64,000 nt of DNA, from NCBI RefSeq assembly GCF_006345805.1, contig NC_043002.1, forward strand, positions 38,068,001-38,132,000. The letters are read 5' to 3'. This document shows, piece by piece, positions 1 to 13,249 of the stretch (position 1 is its first letter; every line of letters starts with the position of its first letter). Position numbers and translations under genes: made by a program. Origin of the DNA: Octopus sinensis (lineage: Eukaryota). The notes under the pieces were generated by a model. It worked only from the letters and a program-made list of their open reading frames with translations, did no database searches and was not told the origin of the DNA.

Positions 1-561
1 GTTACTCAGCAGCCCGTCCCGCACGTGACAGCAATATCTGAACAATAATTAAACGCTCAATCAACTATGAGGACGTGTTTATGGCTTGATAATATGTACC
101 AAGTAGCGTATAATAAATATGGCGGAATATGATTATTCTATCAGTCAACATAGGATCATAACTAGTACATTATGGAGAACATCGAAGTCACAATATGGAA
201 TATTGGTAAATAGATCATTGACGAAAGGAGATATTCTATCGTTTAAAATACAAGGAAGTGAAATACTATAGAAAGGAAGAGTTTCACTGTGCCAATTGTC
301 AAATATTCTTGTATAAGTGTTTGCGTGTCGCCCCCGCCCCCGTATCCTGTACATCTTAGCACTATACCCAGTCTCCATTTCCTTATTTTCCTATGACTAC
401 GATCTTAAAGCTAACATATCTTATTGAAAACAAAATTTCCAAAACAATAATTTTATCTTGCTTTTCATTTCACTTCAGTATTTATCAACAGTTTGCGTTC
501 TACTGGCTTTCTGAGTGTTATTCATTATAACTAGATTAAAATCATATTTAAATGTGCGTTT
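1..561. repeat. Copy A of a ~560-600 bp diverged direct duplication (copy B at 2446-3040)
   Basis: Shared blocks such as gcaatatctgaaca, atatgtacca.gtagcgt.taataaatatgg, gtatcctgtacatcttag, ctatgactacgatcttaaagctaacatatc and atcatatttaaatgtg occur colinearly in both copies; copy A is cut by the window edge. Confidence 0.85.
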
Positions 562-600
562 ATATATATATGTATGTATGTGTGTGTATGTATGTTTGTA

Positions 601-1887
601 TCAGGTCATCACATAAGTTCTGTCCGATTTTACCTTTTTACAATTGAATAAATTTTAATAGTATTTTAGAATGTCTAATGAAACTTAAATTCATTTTTAT
701 GCATTTGTGTACATTTAAACTAATTAAATATTATTTTACAGAATAATAGAATTAAAATTTCTTTGATTAAAACCCTTTCTAACATGGAAGTATAGAGAGA
801 GCATTTAAGGTACATAATGCTTTATGAGTACCAAAAAGGAAACTCTATAACCGAAGCGACTCGAAACATACACTCAGTTTATGGGAAAGACTGCTTGAAT
901 GAAAAAACTTGCAGAAGATGGTTTGGGAAATTCAGAAATGGAGATTTCAGCCATGAGGCTGAAGATCAAATAGGACATCCAGTTGAATTTGATGATAAGC
1001 TTCTTGAAGCATTACTTCAAGAAAATCCTGCATTATCACTTGAAGAATTGGCAATAAAGCTTAATTCAAACCATACAACTATTCATCGTCATCTTCAACA
1101 GCCAAGAAAGGTTCCTAAACTTGGAAAATGAATGCCTCGTGAATTGTCCGAAAGCAACCGCAAGTCCTGAGTTGACATCTGCTCTTCTCACCATTCTTGT
1201 GAACTCATTTCACCCTTTTGGGATTGACTTCTGACTGGTGACGTGAAATGGATCTTCTATCGAAATGTTAAATGTCGTAAACAGTGGCTTGGTAAAAGGG
1301 AAAAAGCTCAACCACATACAAGAAGGGAACTTCATGGGAAAAAAGGTTCTTCTCTCTATCTGTTGGGATAACAAAGGACTAATTCACTTTGAATTGTTAC
1401 CACCTAATGCAGCAATCAATGTTCAAGTCTACTGTCAGTATTTAGAGCGTTTGAACAAAGCTTTGAAGAAAAAAAGACCTACTTTTGCGAATCGAAAACG
1501 AGTGATGTTTCATCAGAACAATGCGTGACCCCACACTGCAGAGATCACATCATAGAAAATCGAAGAACTTGGTTGGGAAAAAATTCCTCATCCACCTTAT
1601 TCTCCCGAACTTGCTCCTTCAGACTACCATTTCTTTCGTAGTTTACAGAATCATTTGGGTGACATAACTTTCGCAAGCTAGGAGGAGGTCGAAACTGACA
1701 TTTCAGAGTTCTTTGCGTTGAAACCAAAAGAGTTTTACATTGATGGGATTAAAAAGCTTGTAAATAGATGGAAGGATGTCATAGATAATCAGGGAAAGTA
1801 CATTTATGATTAAATTTCAATTAAATATAATGTTTCATCACTTTTTTCTTCATTCAAAATTCGGACAGAACTTATGCGATGACCTGA
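601..1887 (+). mobile_element. Complete mariner (DD34D) DNA transposon, ~1287 bp, TA target-site duplication
   Basis: Left TIR tcaggtcatcacataagttctgtccga (601) is the reverse complement of tcggacagaacttatgcgatgacctga (1861-1887) with 1 mismatch; TA at 599-600 and 1888-1889. Confidence 0.95.
784..1813 (+). pseudogene. Mariner transposase pseudogene (several stops and frameshifts)
   Basis: HTH region EATRNIHSVYGKDCLNEKTCRRWFGKFRNGDF; degenerate WVPHEL (*MPREL); TGDVKW; HQNNA*PH; PPYSPELAPSDYHFF; terminal NQGKYIYD*. Confidence 0.93.
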
Positions 1888-1937
1888 TATATACAAATAT
1901 ATATATGTATGCATATGTATATATGTATATATATAAT

Positions 1938-1979
<42 letters not shown>

Positions 1980-2011
1980 AATATATATGTATGCATGCAT
2001 ATGATTATATG

Positions 2012-2049
<38 letters not shown>

Positions 2050-2280
2050 TATTTATATAAGTGTACATATATATATGTATGTATGTATGTATGTATATAT
2101 ATATATAAGCATACTCACATAAATGTATACGTACATATATATATTTATATGTATTTATCGATATATGTGTATGTACGTAACCGTTTTTGTTTGTGTATCT
2201 CTGAATGCGTATGTCTTTCAAGTTAAAGCAGCTTTAAAAAGGAGATGATATCTGTGGTAAGAATACAACACACACACAAA

Positions 2281-2311
<31 letters not shown>

Positions 2312-2445
2312 CATACATATATTTGTGTGTGTGTGTGAGTGCGTATGTGCCTGTTCGGGCGCGCGTGTAAATGGTTGTCTCTGCGTTTGTATTTGTATCC
2401 GTGCCCTTCCTGCTTGACAACCGATGTTTCTTTGTCTGTCTCCCT

Positions 2446-3036
2446 GTTACTTAGAAGTCCGACACACGTCGCAACAATATCTGAACAAACGTATGGACGT
2501 GTTCTATCAACCATATGGACGTGTTCATGGCTTGACAATATGTACCAGGTAGCGTGTAATAAATATGGTGGATTTTATATTGAAAATATTGTTAATTTAA
2601 TACAAAGAGCGTACAAATGGTTATTCAATCAGTAAACAAAGGGACATAACTAGAACATTATGGAGAACTTCAAAGTCACATTTTGAAATATTAGTAAGTA
2701 GATCATTACCGAAAGAAGTTATTCTTTCGTTTAAAATACAATGAAGTTGGATACTATAGAAAGGAAGTGTTTCACTGTGTCAATTGGCAAATATTCTTGT
2801 ATAAGCGTTCGCGTGTCGTACACGCCCCCGTATCCTGTACATCTTAGAACTATACCCAGTCTCCATTTTCTTATTTTCCTATGACTACGATCTTAAAGCT
2901 AACATATCTTAATGAAAACAAAATTTCCAAAACAATAATTTTGTTTTGCTTTTCATTTCACTTTAGTATTTATCACCAGTTTGCGTTCTACTGGCTTTCT
3001 GAGTGTTATGACTAGAGTAAAATCATATTTAAATGT

Positions 3037-3040
<4 letters not shown>
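2446..3040. repeat. Copy B of the direct duplication of 1-561
   Basis: Colinear match to 1-561 with scattered substitutions and small indels; both copies end in (TA)n. Confidence 0.85.
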
Positions 3041-3085
<45 letters not shown>

Positions 3086-3269
3086 GTAATATATAATATT
3101 CGTAATATATATATATGAATAATATATATAACAATATATATATGAATATATGCATACCTATATGTGCATAGATTTATACGTATACATATATATGCATATG
3201 TGGGCACGAAACGTGTACAGCAAAAAATACGAAGTACGAGTACATGGAATATGAAAAGACGAAAGACAC

Positions 3270-3920
3270 AAATGGAAAACTTCCTCCCCTTGCCACCCTC
3301 CCTCTCCCTCCTACTTCCTCCCACCCACCTATCCTCTCTTACACCGACTCCTACTTCTCTCCATTCCTACTTCTCTTCAACCCTACTCACTTTCTCTCTA
3401 CTCTCTTTCTCTCTACTCTCTTATCTCTTATTCTCTTTCTCTCTTCTCTCTCACTCTCTTTCTTTCTATCTTACTCTCTCACTCTCTCTTTCTCTCTTAC
3501 TCTCTTTCTATCTTCTCTCTTCTCTTTTACTCTCTTTCTCTGTTCCTACATACCCACCTTTCCCTTCCACCTTCATCTTCAACCCTCCGCCATAAACCCA
3601 CCTCAGCCCTACACATTCCTACTCCACCTTCCCTATCCTTCCCATCCTATCGCACTCCATCCCATTCCTTACACACTCTACCACATATCCCACCCTCTGC
3701 CTACCCACATACACCAACTCCACCCCAACCCTCAGCCTAACCAACACCCACCCGTGCTTTCCCCGCTCTCGCCTCCCCCACCTCCCAACAACATCACACC
3801 ACACCACACTACTCATCATATCACAACACACCACCCAAACACCAGCACTGACCAATTCCAATGCCCACATTTTCACACCTACACATACACACACGCACAC
3901 GTTAAGACCACCAGCCCTCT
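3270..3920. repeat. CT/CA-rich low-complexity tract
   Basis: Pyrimidine- then C/A-rich simple sequence; the overlapping 143 aa and 226 aa ORFs are compositional artefacts. Confidence 0.8.
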
Positions 3921-4203
3921 TTGACACGCACTCTCTTATACACGCACGGACCTTCATTCTGGGGTCAACTTTACTTTGTTATCTCCTCTACTTCTTCGCT
4001 CTCCTGTGTGACCCTTCTGTCCAGCAGTCGCCATGATAGATCGGTAGCCACTACACACATTTTTTTCTCTCCTTGTTTCCTTGTTTTTTTCTGTGTCCCT
4101 TTCTGTAGAAGAGCGTAGGCTCGAAACGTAAAAGCGTTATACAAATACATCTGCTTGTTTTCTACACCACCTGTCTTCGTCTTTTGTTTTTTTCGTGAAC
4201 TCT

Positions 4204-4240
<37 letters not shown>

Positions 4241-4973
4241 CAAGGAAAAATTGTAAAAATGCAGAATGCTCGATTGAAAGAAAATTTTAATGAATTGAGA
4301 AAATGAAAAAATATATAAATATATATCCATTCAAACCGGTTTTCGTCATAGTTTGACTTATCAAGAATAGTTAGGTGAAAAGGTTTTTTAAAAATGAGAA
4401 AGGGGAAAAAAAGTTGCATTGTTTTTTGCAAAAGAATAATAGTAGTAAATATGTATAAAAATTAAATAATAAGTAATCCGATACATTGTGTGTTCGTTGT
4501 GTATCTTGAGTTTAATGATTGTTCATGAAAAAATTACCTTGAGGTATTAGGATCCAATGGGATTAAGGCCATGTGTTATTTGGTTTAATTTAGGATGTTG
4601 GCAAAACAGGAAGTAGTAGTAATTGTGGTTCTTCAGTTCCTGTGTTGTGAATAAGGGGAGACAACTCTTTTGAGTTCTTCAATAAAATTGTCATTTTAGC
4701 TTCATTTGCATTATCTTTTTTATATAATTGTTTGTTAATTTAACTTTCAGATTTTAACACTTTATTTATATTATTTTCTAATTATATAAATTTGCATAGA
4801 CAATTGCATTTCAGATTGTTATATCATAAATAATAAAGATGATGGTAATAACAACAATAGTAAAAATGATATTTAAAGAGTATAAGTTTTTGCTTGAAGT
4901 GATGAATCTATGGTATCCTTATATATTTGTGTGAGTCCATCCATGAAGAATGAGGTAGAAAAGGGAAGTTTGA

Positions 4974-7900
4974 TCAACGAGGAGTTTGTATATTAAGTTG
5001 TGTTTGGAATTTTTCAATAAAGAGATTCTCCTTGTTAATTCTCTCCTGTGTGGTGATGCCATCTTTACATTGGTAGAAGGGGAATATATAGAATTTGGGG
5101 TTTAAGCCTTTAGCGCATGAGTCTATGTGGCCACTCAGTGGAATTTGTCGGTATTCCGGGAGATTTATTTGTTCTTTATGCACCGCTACTCGTTTACGTA
5201 ACGGGAGACTCGTTTGTCCAACATAATTATGTTGGCAACCAGCGCATGTGAGAACGTAGATAAGGTTCTCGGAGGAACAGGAGAAGTTAGTCTTGATTTT
5301 AAACTTCGTACCTTGTTTGAAGGTAAATTCCGAACCTTCAAGTAGGAGGGGGCATGTCCCACAGTTTGGGCGTGTACATTTTTTTACTGCTGGGGGTGGA
5401 TGTGGTGTGTGAAGTTTGGCATTTGTGAAGAGTTTTTTATAGATTTGTGTTGCCTTTTACATTTGAGGATTTTGTGTGTATTTATAATGTTTTTCATTTT
5501 GGGGTCTGTTGACAGTAGACTGAGGTTTTGTATGATTGTGGTGTATGCTTCGATATTTTTGGGGTTGTGGGTGGAAACGTATGGAAGTATTTTGAGGTTG
5601 TGTGTGGTGTTAGGTTGGGTAGTTTTTAGTGTAATGTTATCTAGTCCTTTGGCGCGTTTTATTCCATACTCTATAAGGGTGGAGGGATATTGGCGTTGTA
5701 ATAATGTTTTTTTGAGGTCTTGAAGGCGTATTTCTCGTGTTTTTGGATCCGAGACAATGGTGCATACCCTTTTAACCAAATTGAAAGGGATATTTGTCTT
5801 GGTGTGTTTTGGGTGGCATGAACTAAAGAGGAGGTATTGTTGTGAGTCTGTAGGTTTGTGGTAGATGTCTGTTATGATTTAGTTCTTAGGTGTTTTTATA
5901 ATTAGGAGATCAAGGAATGGTAGATGATGTTTGCTTAATTCCATAGTGAATTGGATGTTGGGATGTATGTTGTTTAGTATGGTTTTGAATTCCAGGAGTT
6001 TTTCATAAGGTTCTTTCCATATGATGAAGCAATCATCCAAATACCTTTTCCAGTTTTCCTTTAGGTAGGTGTGGAAAACATGTCCAAATTTCTGGCGTGA
6101 TATTTCATAGAGTGATAGTTCGAAGAAACCCATTATGAGGTTCGCAAGGACTGGTGCAGCCTTGGTACCCATCGCAATACCACATTTTTGACGGTAGTGT
6201 GTGTCGTCGAAGAGAAAAAATTGTTGGTCAGAATGAACTTGAGAGATTCTGTAATAAAAGTCTTGTTAATGCGGTCAGGGAATGTCTCTGGGTGTTTTTC
6301 TAGCCAGAAGTCAATTGCCTCTATACCATATTCATGTGGGATGTTGGTGTAGAGGTTGATGACATCAAAGGATACCAGGAGCGCCTCCTCGTTAACTGTT
6401 TTCGGGAGGTGTTTGAGCATGTCCAGATCATCCCTAATGAAACTTTTGATGTGGGTAAGGAAAGGTTTCAAAAGGATGTCTAGGAAATTACTCAGGCGGT
6501 GTGTTTCACAGGAGGTGCCAGCCACGATGGGCCTTAGTTTTAGGTCCTCCGGTGCTTTGATGTTGATGTGGATGTCAGTGGAGAGTTTGCAGGCTTCGGT
6601 GATGTATTTGTTTTTATGGATTTTAGGAAGGCCATAAAAAAGGCTGGGCTTGTATTTGAAATTGGTGATATAATCCCTTTCTTTTTCTGTGAGTCCCTGA
6701 CCGTGTTGGCGTATGAGTGTGGTGAGGTTTCTGATTGTTCTTTGCTGTTTATAGTTGTTAATAACCTCATAGAAAATGTTATTGTTAAGCATGGAAAGCA
6801 CTAGGTGTTTATAAAATTCCGTGTCCATAAGGACCACAGCGCTCCCTTTATCAGCTTCTTTAATGGTAAGGTTTTTATCCAGTTGTATGTCACGTAGGTT
6901 TTTCCATTCTTCCTTACTGAAATTGGATTTTACCTTGGTTTTGCTTGGGGTAAAGGGGAGACTCTGGATGTGTTTGCAAAAATCGTCCAGTGTTTTATTT
7001 CTCCCTTTTGATGGTAGGAAGTTGCTTTTATTTCTGATCAATGAATCGTCCCCATTGTTGATATCTGACAAGGCTTCTGTTAGACGAAGTTTTCTGCAGA
7101 ATTCAGAAACGTCATCCTTGACCTAAGGGGGGGTTAGGTGTTCTTGGGGTGGGTGTGAATTTCAAACCTCTTGCTAGGATGTTGATTTGGGTTGGTGTCA
7201 GTGTTTTGCTGGAGAGGTTTATAATTTTTGTTTTCTTATTTTGGGTCTGTGTTAGCGGTGGTGTTTGTATTTTTCCCCCTCTGTCTAAAAAATGGTTGTT
7301 GAGGTAAGGGGTGTATTGTCTGTTAAAGTTTTGGTTGTATGTGTAGGAGTGTTTTTGGGTGGGGAGGTTGGAGGGGGGTAGGTAGTTGTAGTATTTATGT
7401 TAGTATGGGATGCGATGGTGTAAGGTTTTGTGAGAAATGCGATGGATTTGTGGGTGTGTGTATGGTAGATTGTATGGGGGATGTAGGGGGTATGTAGTTG
7501 TGGTGATTGGGTTCGTGTGGGATGTGAGGGTTTGGAGATCTGTAGGAAATGTGGTAGGAATGTGGTTGTTGGATGGGTGGACTATAAGGGGTTCGTTGGG
7601 TGGGTATTATATGTATCGGTGTGGGTAGGATGCCTTGTTTGTTATTAGTGTGAGGGAGGGGAGCATTGAGGGGGGGGGGGTAATTCCTAGTGTATGGGAG
7701 GTTCTTGATGGTTCTTGTCGGTGGGGGAGGGGTGTTAGAGTGACTGGAAAACCAGGTTTTGTGGTGGGTCTTGTTTGAGATGTTTCGGGGAGGAAAAGGT
7801 TTTTTATATGGTTGGGGGAGGTTGTGTCCTGTTAGGAGGGGGTTTGGAGAGTATGTGTATTTGAGGTGCGGTTTGGGGTGGTGTTTATGGGGTACAGTGG

Positions 7901-8080
7901 AAGTCTGTCTTTTGGGTACTTTTATGAATGGGTTTTTGGATTTATGGTTTAATATGAATTGTGTTTCATAGTTGAGGAAGAAATCTTTGTTGTTTTCCCA
8001 GCGTTTAAGGGAGGTTCGTTCTTCCTTTTCACATTCATCTTTCTATAGTTTAATAACAAGTTCGAGGGGTTGTTCGTTGG
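4974..8080 (-). mobile_element. Near-complete Penelope-like retroelement ORF (RT + GIY-YIG endonuclease), 5'-truncated and disrupted
   Basis: Minus-strand frames give LPKIHK...LRPIVAG, SFDVINLYTNIP, MGTKAAPVLANLIMGFFE, WKRYLDDCFIIW, LPFLDL, TDIYHKPTDSQQYL, then C-x4-C knuckle KCTRPNCGTC and LIYVLTCAGCQHNYVGQT...LNIQ. Frameshifts near 6240 and 5400; in-frame stop at 5879-5881. Confidence 0.93.
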
Positions 8081-8302
8081 TGTGTGCATATATATATATA
8101 TATATGCATATATATATACACATGCATATATTTTTCAGAGCGGTGCTCCAGCATCTCCGCGGTCAAATGACTGAAAAAAAATAAAGAATGAGAGAACATA
8201 TATATGTATATAAACATACATACATAAATATATAAAATTCAACAAAATCTGTTACTCTGAGTTTCTCGTTGCCGTTCATCTACATACATATATTTATATA
8301 TG

Positions 8303-8392
<90 letters not shown>

Positions 8393-8549
8393 AATATAAA
8401 TATAAATATATATATGTATGCATGTATTATGTATTTATTGATATAAATGTATGTACGTATCCGTCTTTGTTTGTGTGTCTCTGAATGAATGCGTATTTAT
8501 ATGAAATTAACACAAACATACACTCACACATACATACACACACATCTTT

Positions 8550-9300
8550 TATTTGTTTTAGTCATTAGACATGCTGCGGCATCGTCCTGAAAAAGTGTAG
8601 TCGTGCGAATCGAATCCTGTCCTTAATTCTTTAAATCTTGGCAAGATTCTATTCGTCTGTTTTATCCAACTGCTAGGGTTACGGGGGACGTAAACACATC
8701 AGCGCTAGTTTCCAAGCCGGAGCGGGGTACAAGCACAAAGATGCACACTAAGACACACACACACATGCGTGCTTACATATAGTGAGAGATGCGTGGCTTT
8801 GGAGAATTTTAAATTTTCTTTCTAGCAAACAGGTGCATATTTTACCCTAACTTTCAATACATATTTTGCATATTTTGCCTATTTGGTTGTTTGCTGGGCA
8901 CTTTATCATAATCTTTAAAAAGATAATGATAACTTTTCTGAATTTTGAATTTATATTTGCTCGCTAATGTTCGTTTGGAAGTCTCGGGGTCTTCAGCTGA
9001 CAAATGCACACGGAATGGTAAATATATTTTAAAAATAGTTTACGTAGTAAGCCAAGGTGATGAGCTTGGAGAGTCTTTGGCACAGAAAATGAAATCAGCT
9101 GATAGTGGGATATCTACCCCGCCCCCACTATTTGTTGTTTTACAAATGGGACTACTGTAGATTTGCTATATAGTGAGAGATGATTGATTTTGGAGGGTTT
9201 TAACTCTTGACGGGCTTCTTTCAAATTCCGTCAACCAAATCCACTCACATAGCTTTGGTTGGTTCGAGATCATAGAAAGCAATTGCTCAAGATGCCATGC
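8550..9300 (+). mobile_element. Abundant SINE-like repeat interrupted by a 376-bp insertion
   Basis: gtcatt.gac..g.gc...; ctag.gttacggggacgtaaacac; tail gtggatttg/ttggttcg-type, also seen at 9980-10260, 40860-41045 (-) and 52180-52560. The insertion is flanked by the 15-bp duplication atatagtgagagatg. Confidence 0.6.
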
Positions 9301-9523
9301 AGAGATAGTGAAATCAGAATCATTTGGTTGGCAAGAAAAATTCTTATCTCATAGCCATACCTGCGCTTATTGTTAGCCGCTTCATGTATGTACATATATA
9401 TATACATGAATCGGATATAGATATAGATGCACGCGATATTTTGTGTCTGTGTAATTCACCGGCCATCATGTTGCAACTAGTACAAGTTCATCATCAAAAA
9501 TGTATTGTCAACAGGAAGAACAG

Positions 9524-9574
<51 letters not shown>

Positions 9575-10572
9575 CTGTGTGTGGGGGGGTATGTATGTAT
9601 GTATGTATGTATGTATGTATGTATGCACATGTATCAGTTTATTGTTTTGTGATAACAAATCATTTTTGTATATTTAGAAATAGGTCATTCATTCTCTATT
9701 TCCATTGCTTCGCTTCAATAAGAATTGTTGTGCTGTAACATTGAGGCAGTAATATGGATTGCATGTCTTTACTTTCTCAAGTCTTTCTTATCTGTCCCAT
9801 TCACTGTTTTTTTTTTTTGTTTGTTTCGTTTGTGTTATTATATGTGCCGCTTCTACTGTTCTTTCCTTTACTTTCTCCTCTTTTTCTTCCATTGTATTCG
9901 TGTTTTTTTATATAATTTCTGTTGTTATTTTACGACCGGACAAAACTTATATTCGTTATCTATTCACTTTCATATTTTAGTTGTTTCACTCACAGAACTG
10001 GAGACATGCTGGAGCACTGCTTTAAATGATTTAATAGAATAGATTGAACCGAACCGCTATGTTGCAGGGAAGTACACAAAGCATCACTAATTGTCAGCCG
10101 AAGGTGTGGGGACAAACAAAAATCCAAAGGCTCACATACGCATAGATACGTATGCACACTCATATGTGTGTATACGATGGGCTTTCACATACTTTCCATT
10201 CACTAAATTCACTCACAAGGCACTGGTCAGCCTGAGGCTATAACATGATATTTACCCAAATCACCGGGCTGAATACGTGCAAGCCTAGTAGGCGTTTCCG
10301 ATTTAGTTTCCGACGACCCGATCATGCAACAAGCTGTATCTGGATTCCATGTTGCCAGTAACATTCATGAGAGACCGCACAAGTGAGCTGATATATGTGG
10401 GTGTGTGGGTGTGTGTGTATAATAAAAATAATAATAATAATAATAATAATAATAGAGAATATGGCTCCAAACTTATATGGAAAAATTCAATTTAGTATTA
10501 AATCAAATTTCACATATAAATATATAATATATATAAATTATATACACATATAAATACATACATATACATACA

Positions 10573-10667
<95 letters not shown>

Positions 10668-13249
10668 TTACTATTACGTTAAACAGCCGGTACACTGCCG
10701 GTAGTTGTTGTTGACAAACAACGGCAGTAATTTTATTCAGCTGAATACACGTCATTGATTGGTTGAAATTACCGAAATACGACAACTTTAACACGAAATA
10801 ACTTTGAAAATACAAACCTTTCTCAACAACACTAGGAGTAAAAGATGTTTTATATGACACATTTTACCAGTGCCCGAAGTTTGAAAGTGTTTAGTTACAA
10901 AAATTTACTTTCTCGATCTGTCGTTCAAAGGGTAACGATCCAAAAATATTTCTAAAGATTTGTCCTGCACATTGCGAATTTACGAATTGAGACAGGCTCG
11001 AATTTTTATCTGGCCGGGAGTATATCATAGACGTTTCTGCACAAGACATTAATCATACTGCTATTGAATGCACTTAGCTTCCTATCTTTATGAACGCTTC
11101 AATCAACTTCACACTATTACGTTATCTTATTCTTTTCATACCCCCGATACACTTTTGAATATATGTAATATATATTTTTACCCGATTTTGAATAGATGCA
11201 TGAACCTCTTTTTACTGTAAATATGTCCTTAATACATATAACTAACGTTGCTGCTTAAATACGATATAGATACAGTGAAGTAAGAATAAAATTATTTATG
11301 AAAGAAATATAATTATAGAACTCTCTCGTTACGGTTTACCGCAATGGGCGCTATAAACTTTAAACACAACTTAGTGCTTTAGTATACAGTGTTTCCTTTT
11401 CTAAAACGCTATTTCCAGTGAAATATCTTCTCGTATCCTTTAATATTAATTCAGTGAAGCCAGTATTCTTACAGAATTTTTATGTCGCTCTAATTTATCA
11501 GCAGAAGCATTAACGGTTATATGTTCCCGTTCGTTCTTCTTTATCTTTATCTCTCTCGCTTTCCTTTGAAAACAAAGTCAATCATTTCACGAAACACAAA
11601 CGTGTTCGTCACGTGAAATGATTTTGTATTTAGAATACTAACTAAATCATAGATGGAAATTCGTTTGGCCTTTTTCTTAGTGTTGAATGTCTTCAGTTTC
11701 AGCTCTGCGTGAGGAGAATTGCAAATAACTCAGAATTTATTGCATCAACTGTAAAATCCACTTTCGTAGACATTGTTTAATTCAATGTCCATAGCACTGA
11801 TGTATTGTCTTACGAGGTTTCAATCGCACAAAACAGGCACATTCTTACACATTGAAATTGCTACTGCGCTGTGTATTGTAACAATATATAACTTTGATAA
11901 TAGATTGTATTCGAATAGATGAGCAAAATTAATTCTTCCTATTTATCGTTGAATATTCAGTTCTTTCATCCATCCATAGAAAGCAGTTTGCACAACCGCC
12001 TACTAATAAAAAGCAGCAATAAATTTTTTTATGAATACATTTATGTCACGGAAGTATCAATTAAATCTAAGCTATAATTCAGCAATTAGCTTAAGGCAGC
12101 TTGTAAGTGTTGTTGACAATTTTCCCAGGGACGCCAACCGTATGAATTATAATAGCCAACTTTGGACAATAATATTTGATGTTGCGGTGATAAAATTTCT
12201 TGAATTAATAATATTCACGCAATGAGGAGTAGATAACTATTGCAAATTAGGCTAGGACTAATATTATCTTAATTTTCTCTTGAAAATTACGAATGCCACT
12301 CTTTGACAGATTTTGGAAAAACAATTGATCGAAGTAGCAATTGACTGAAAAACAATTATTTCAATGTAAGGAGTAACAGAAAAGATAATTATTCAAAATA
12401 ATGACTGATCTATTTTTTTTTTTAAATGATCAGTAGCTACAATCCAATAGAAAACTAATTTATCGAATTAATGTTTGATTGAAGTTTCTATCGAATGAAA
12501 ATGAAATCGAACGATATTATTACGAAATTTTCGAAAATATTTTTACATCCTCAAAAATGAAACCGCTTACATGAGCCAGTACAGGGTCTGTTTAATAGCT
12601 ATACAATGTTTATTTCGCTATATTCTCTTTTAGAGAACTGAGTATGTGTATCAACCTTTAAATGATTGTACTTACAGAAGGCAAAAGCCCTCATGTTGAT
12701 TCGAGAAGAAAAACATGTAAACATTGAAAATTATTTTCATGTATTCTATGGCAAAATCAATGGTTCTTTTATATGTTTAGTTGTGATCACTGATGGTCAG
12801 TCTATTCCTTGGATGAAGAAGCAGTAAAATGATCGCTAGAATACTTAAAGTAGAAATAACGATAGGAACATTTCTTAAATCAGGGACCAACAGATTTATT
12901 GGAGTTGGGCGAGAATTAAAATTCTTCTGATTTCTGAGCCAAAGCAAACAGGAAAGGAAACCATCACCGTACAAGGCTATAAAAATAGCCCCATTTTTAT
13001 AAATTAATTTGATGTTTTTATTATAGAGGTAAATACCTACATAAACTTTCATACGCTACAAAACCATAAAACCATAAAACCAAAGCATTCTTTTTTTTAT
13101 TGGGGAAATTTTGTTAAAGTGTGACCTGAATTTGTAATACCTGTAACCAAATTTGACTACGACTGGCGAGCAGGTAACATTGACCTGTAAACTGTTACGG
13201 TGTACTTCCTTTTGAAAATACTTTTTTCACATAAATACCTTGTATATGC

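Noticed and set aside
1850-2538. ORFs rich in YI/CV/HT repeats (and many similar ORFs through the window)
   Set aside because: Translations of (TA)n, (CA)n and (TG)n microsatellites; not genes.
4655-4690. ttgaaga-actc-aaaa-gagt hairpin on minus as the HHR of the large PLE
   Set aside because: No GAAA after the stem and no stem I pairing.
11600-12800. Coding-like decayed stretch (signal-peptide-like MEIRLAFFLVL on plus; Cys-rich piece on minus)
   Set aside because: All frames are broken by stops and I could not assign a family; needs a tblastx/HMM search.
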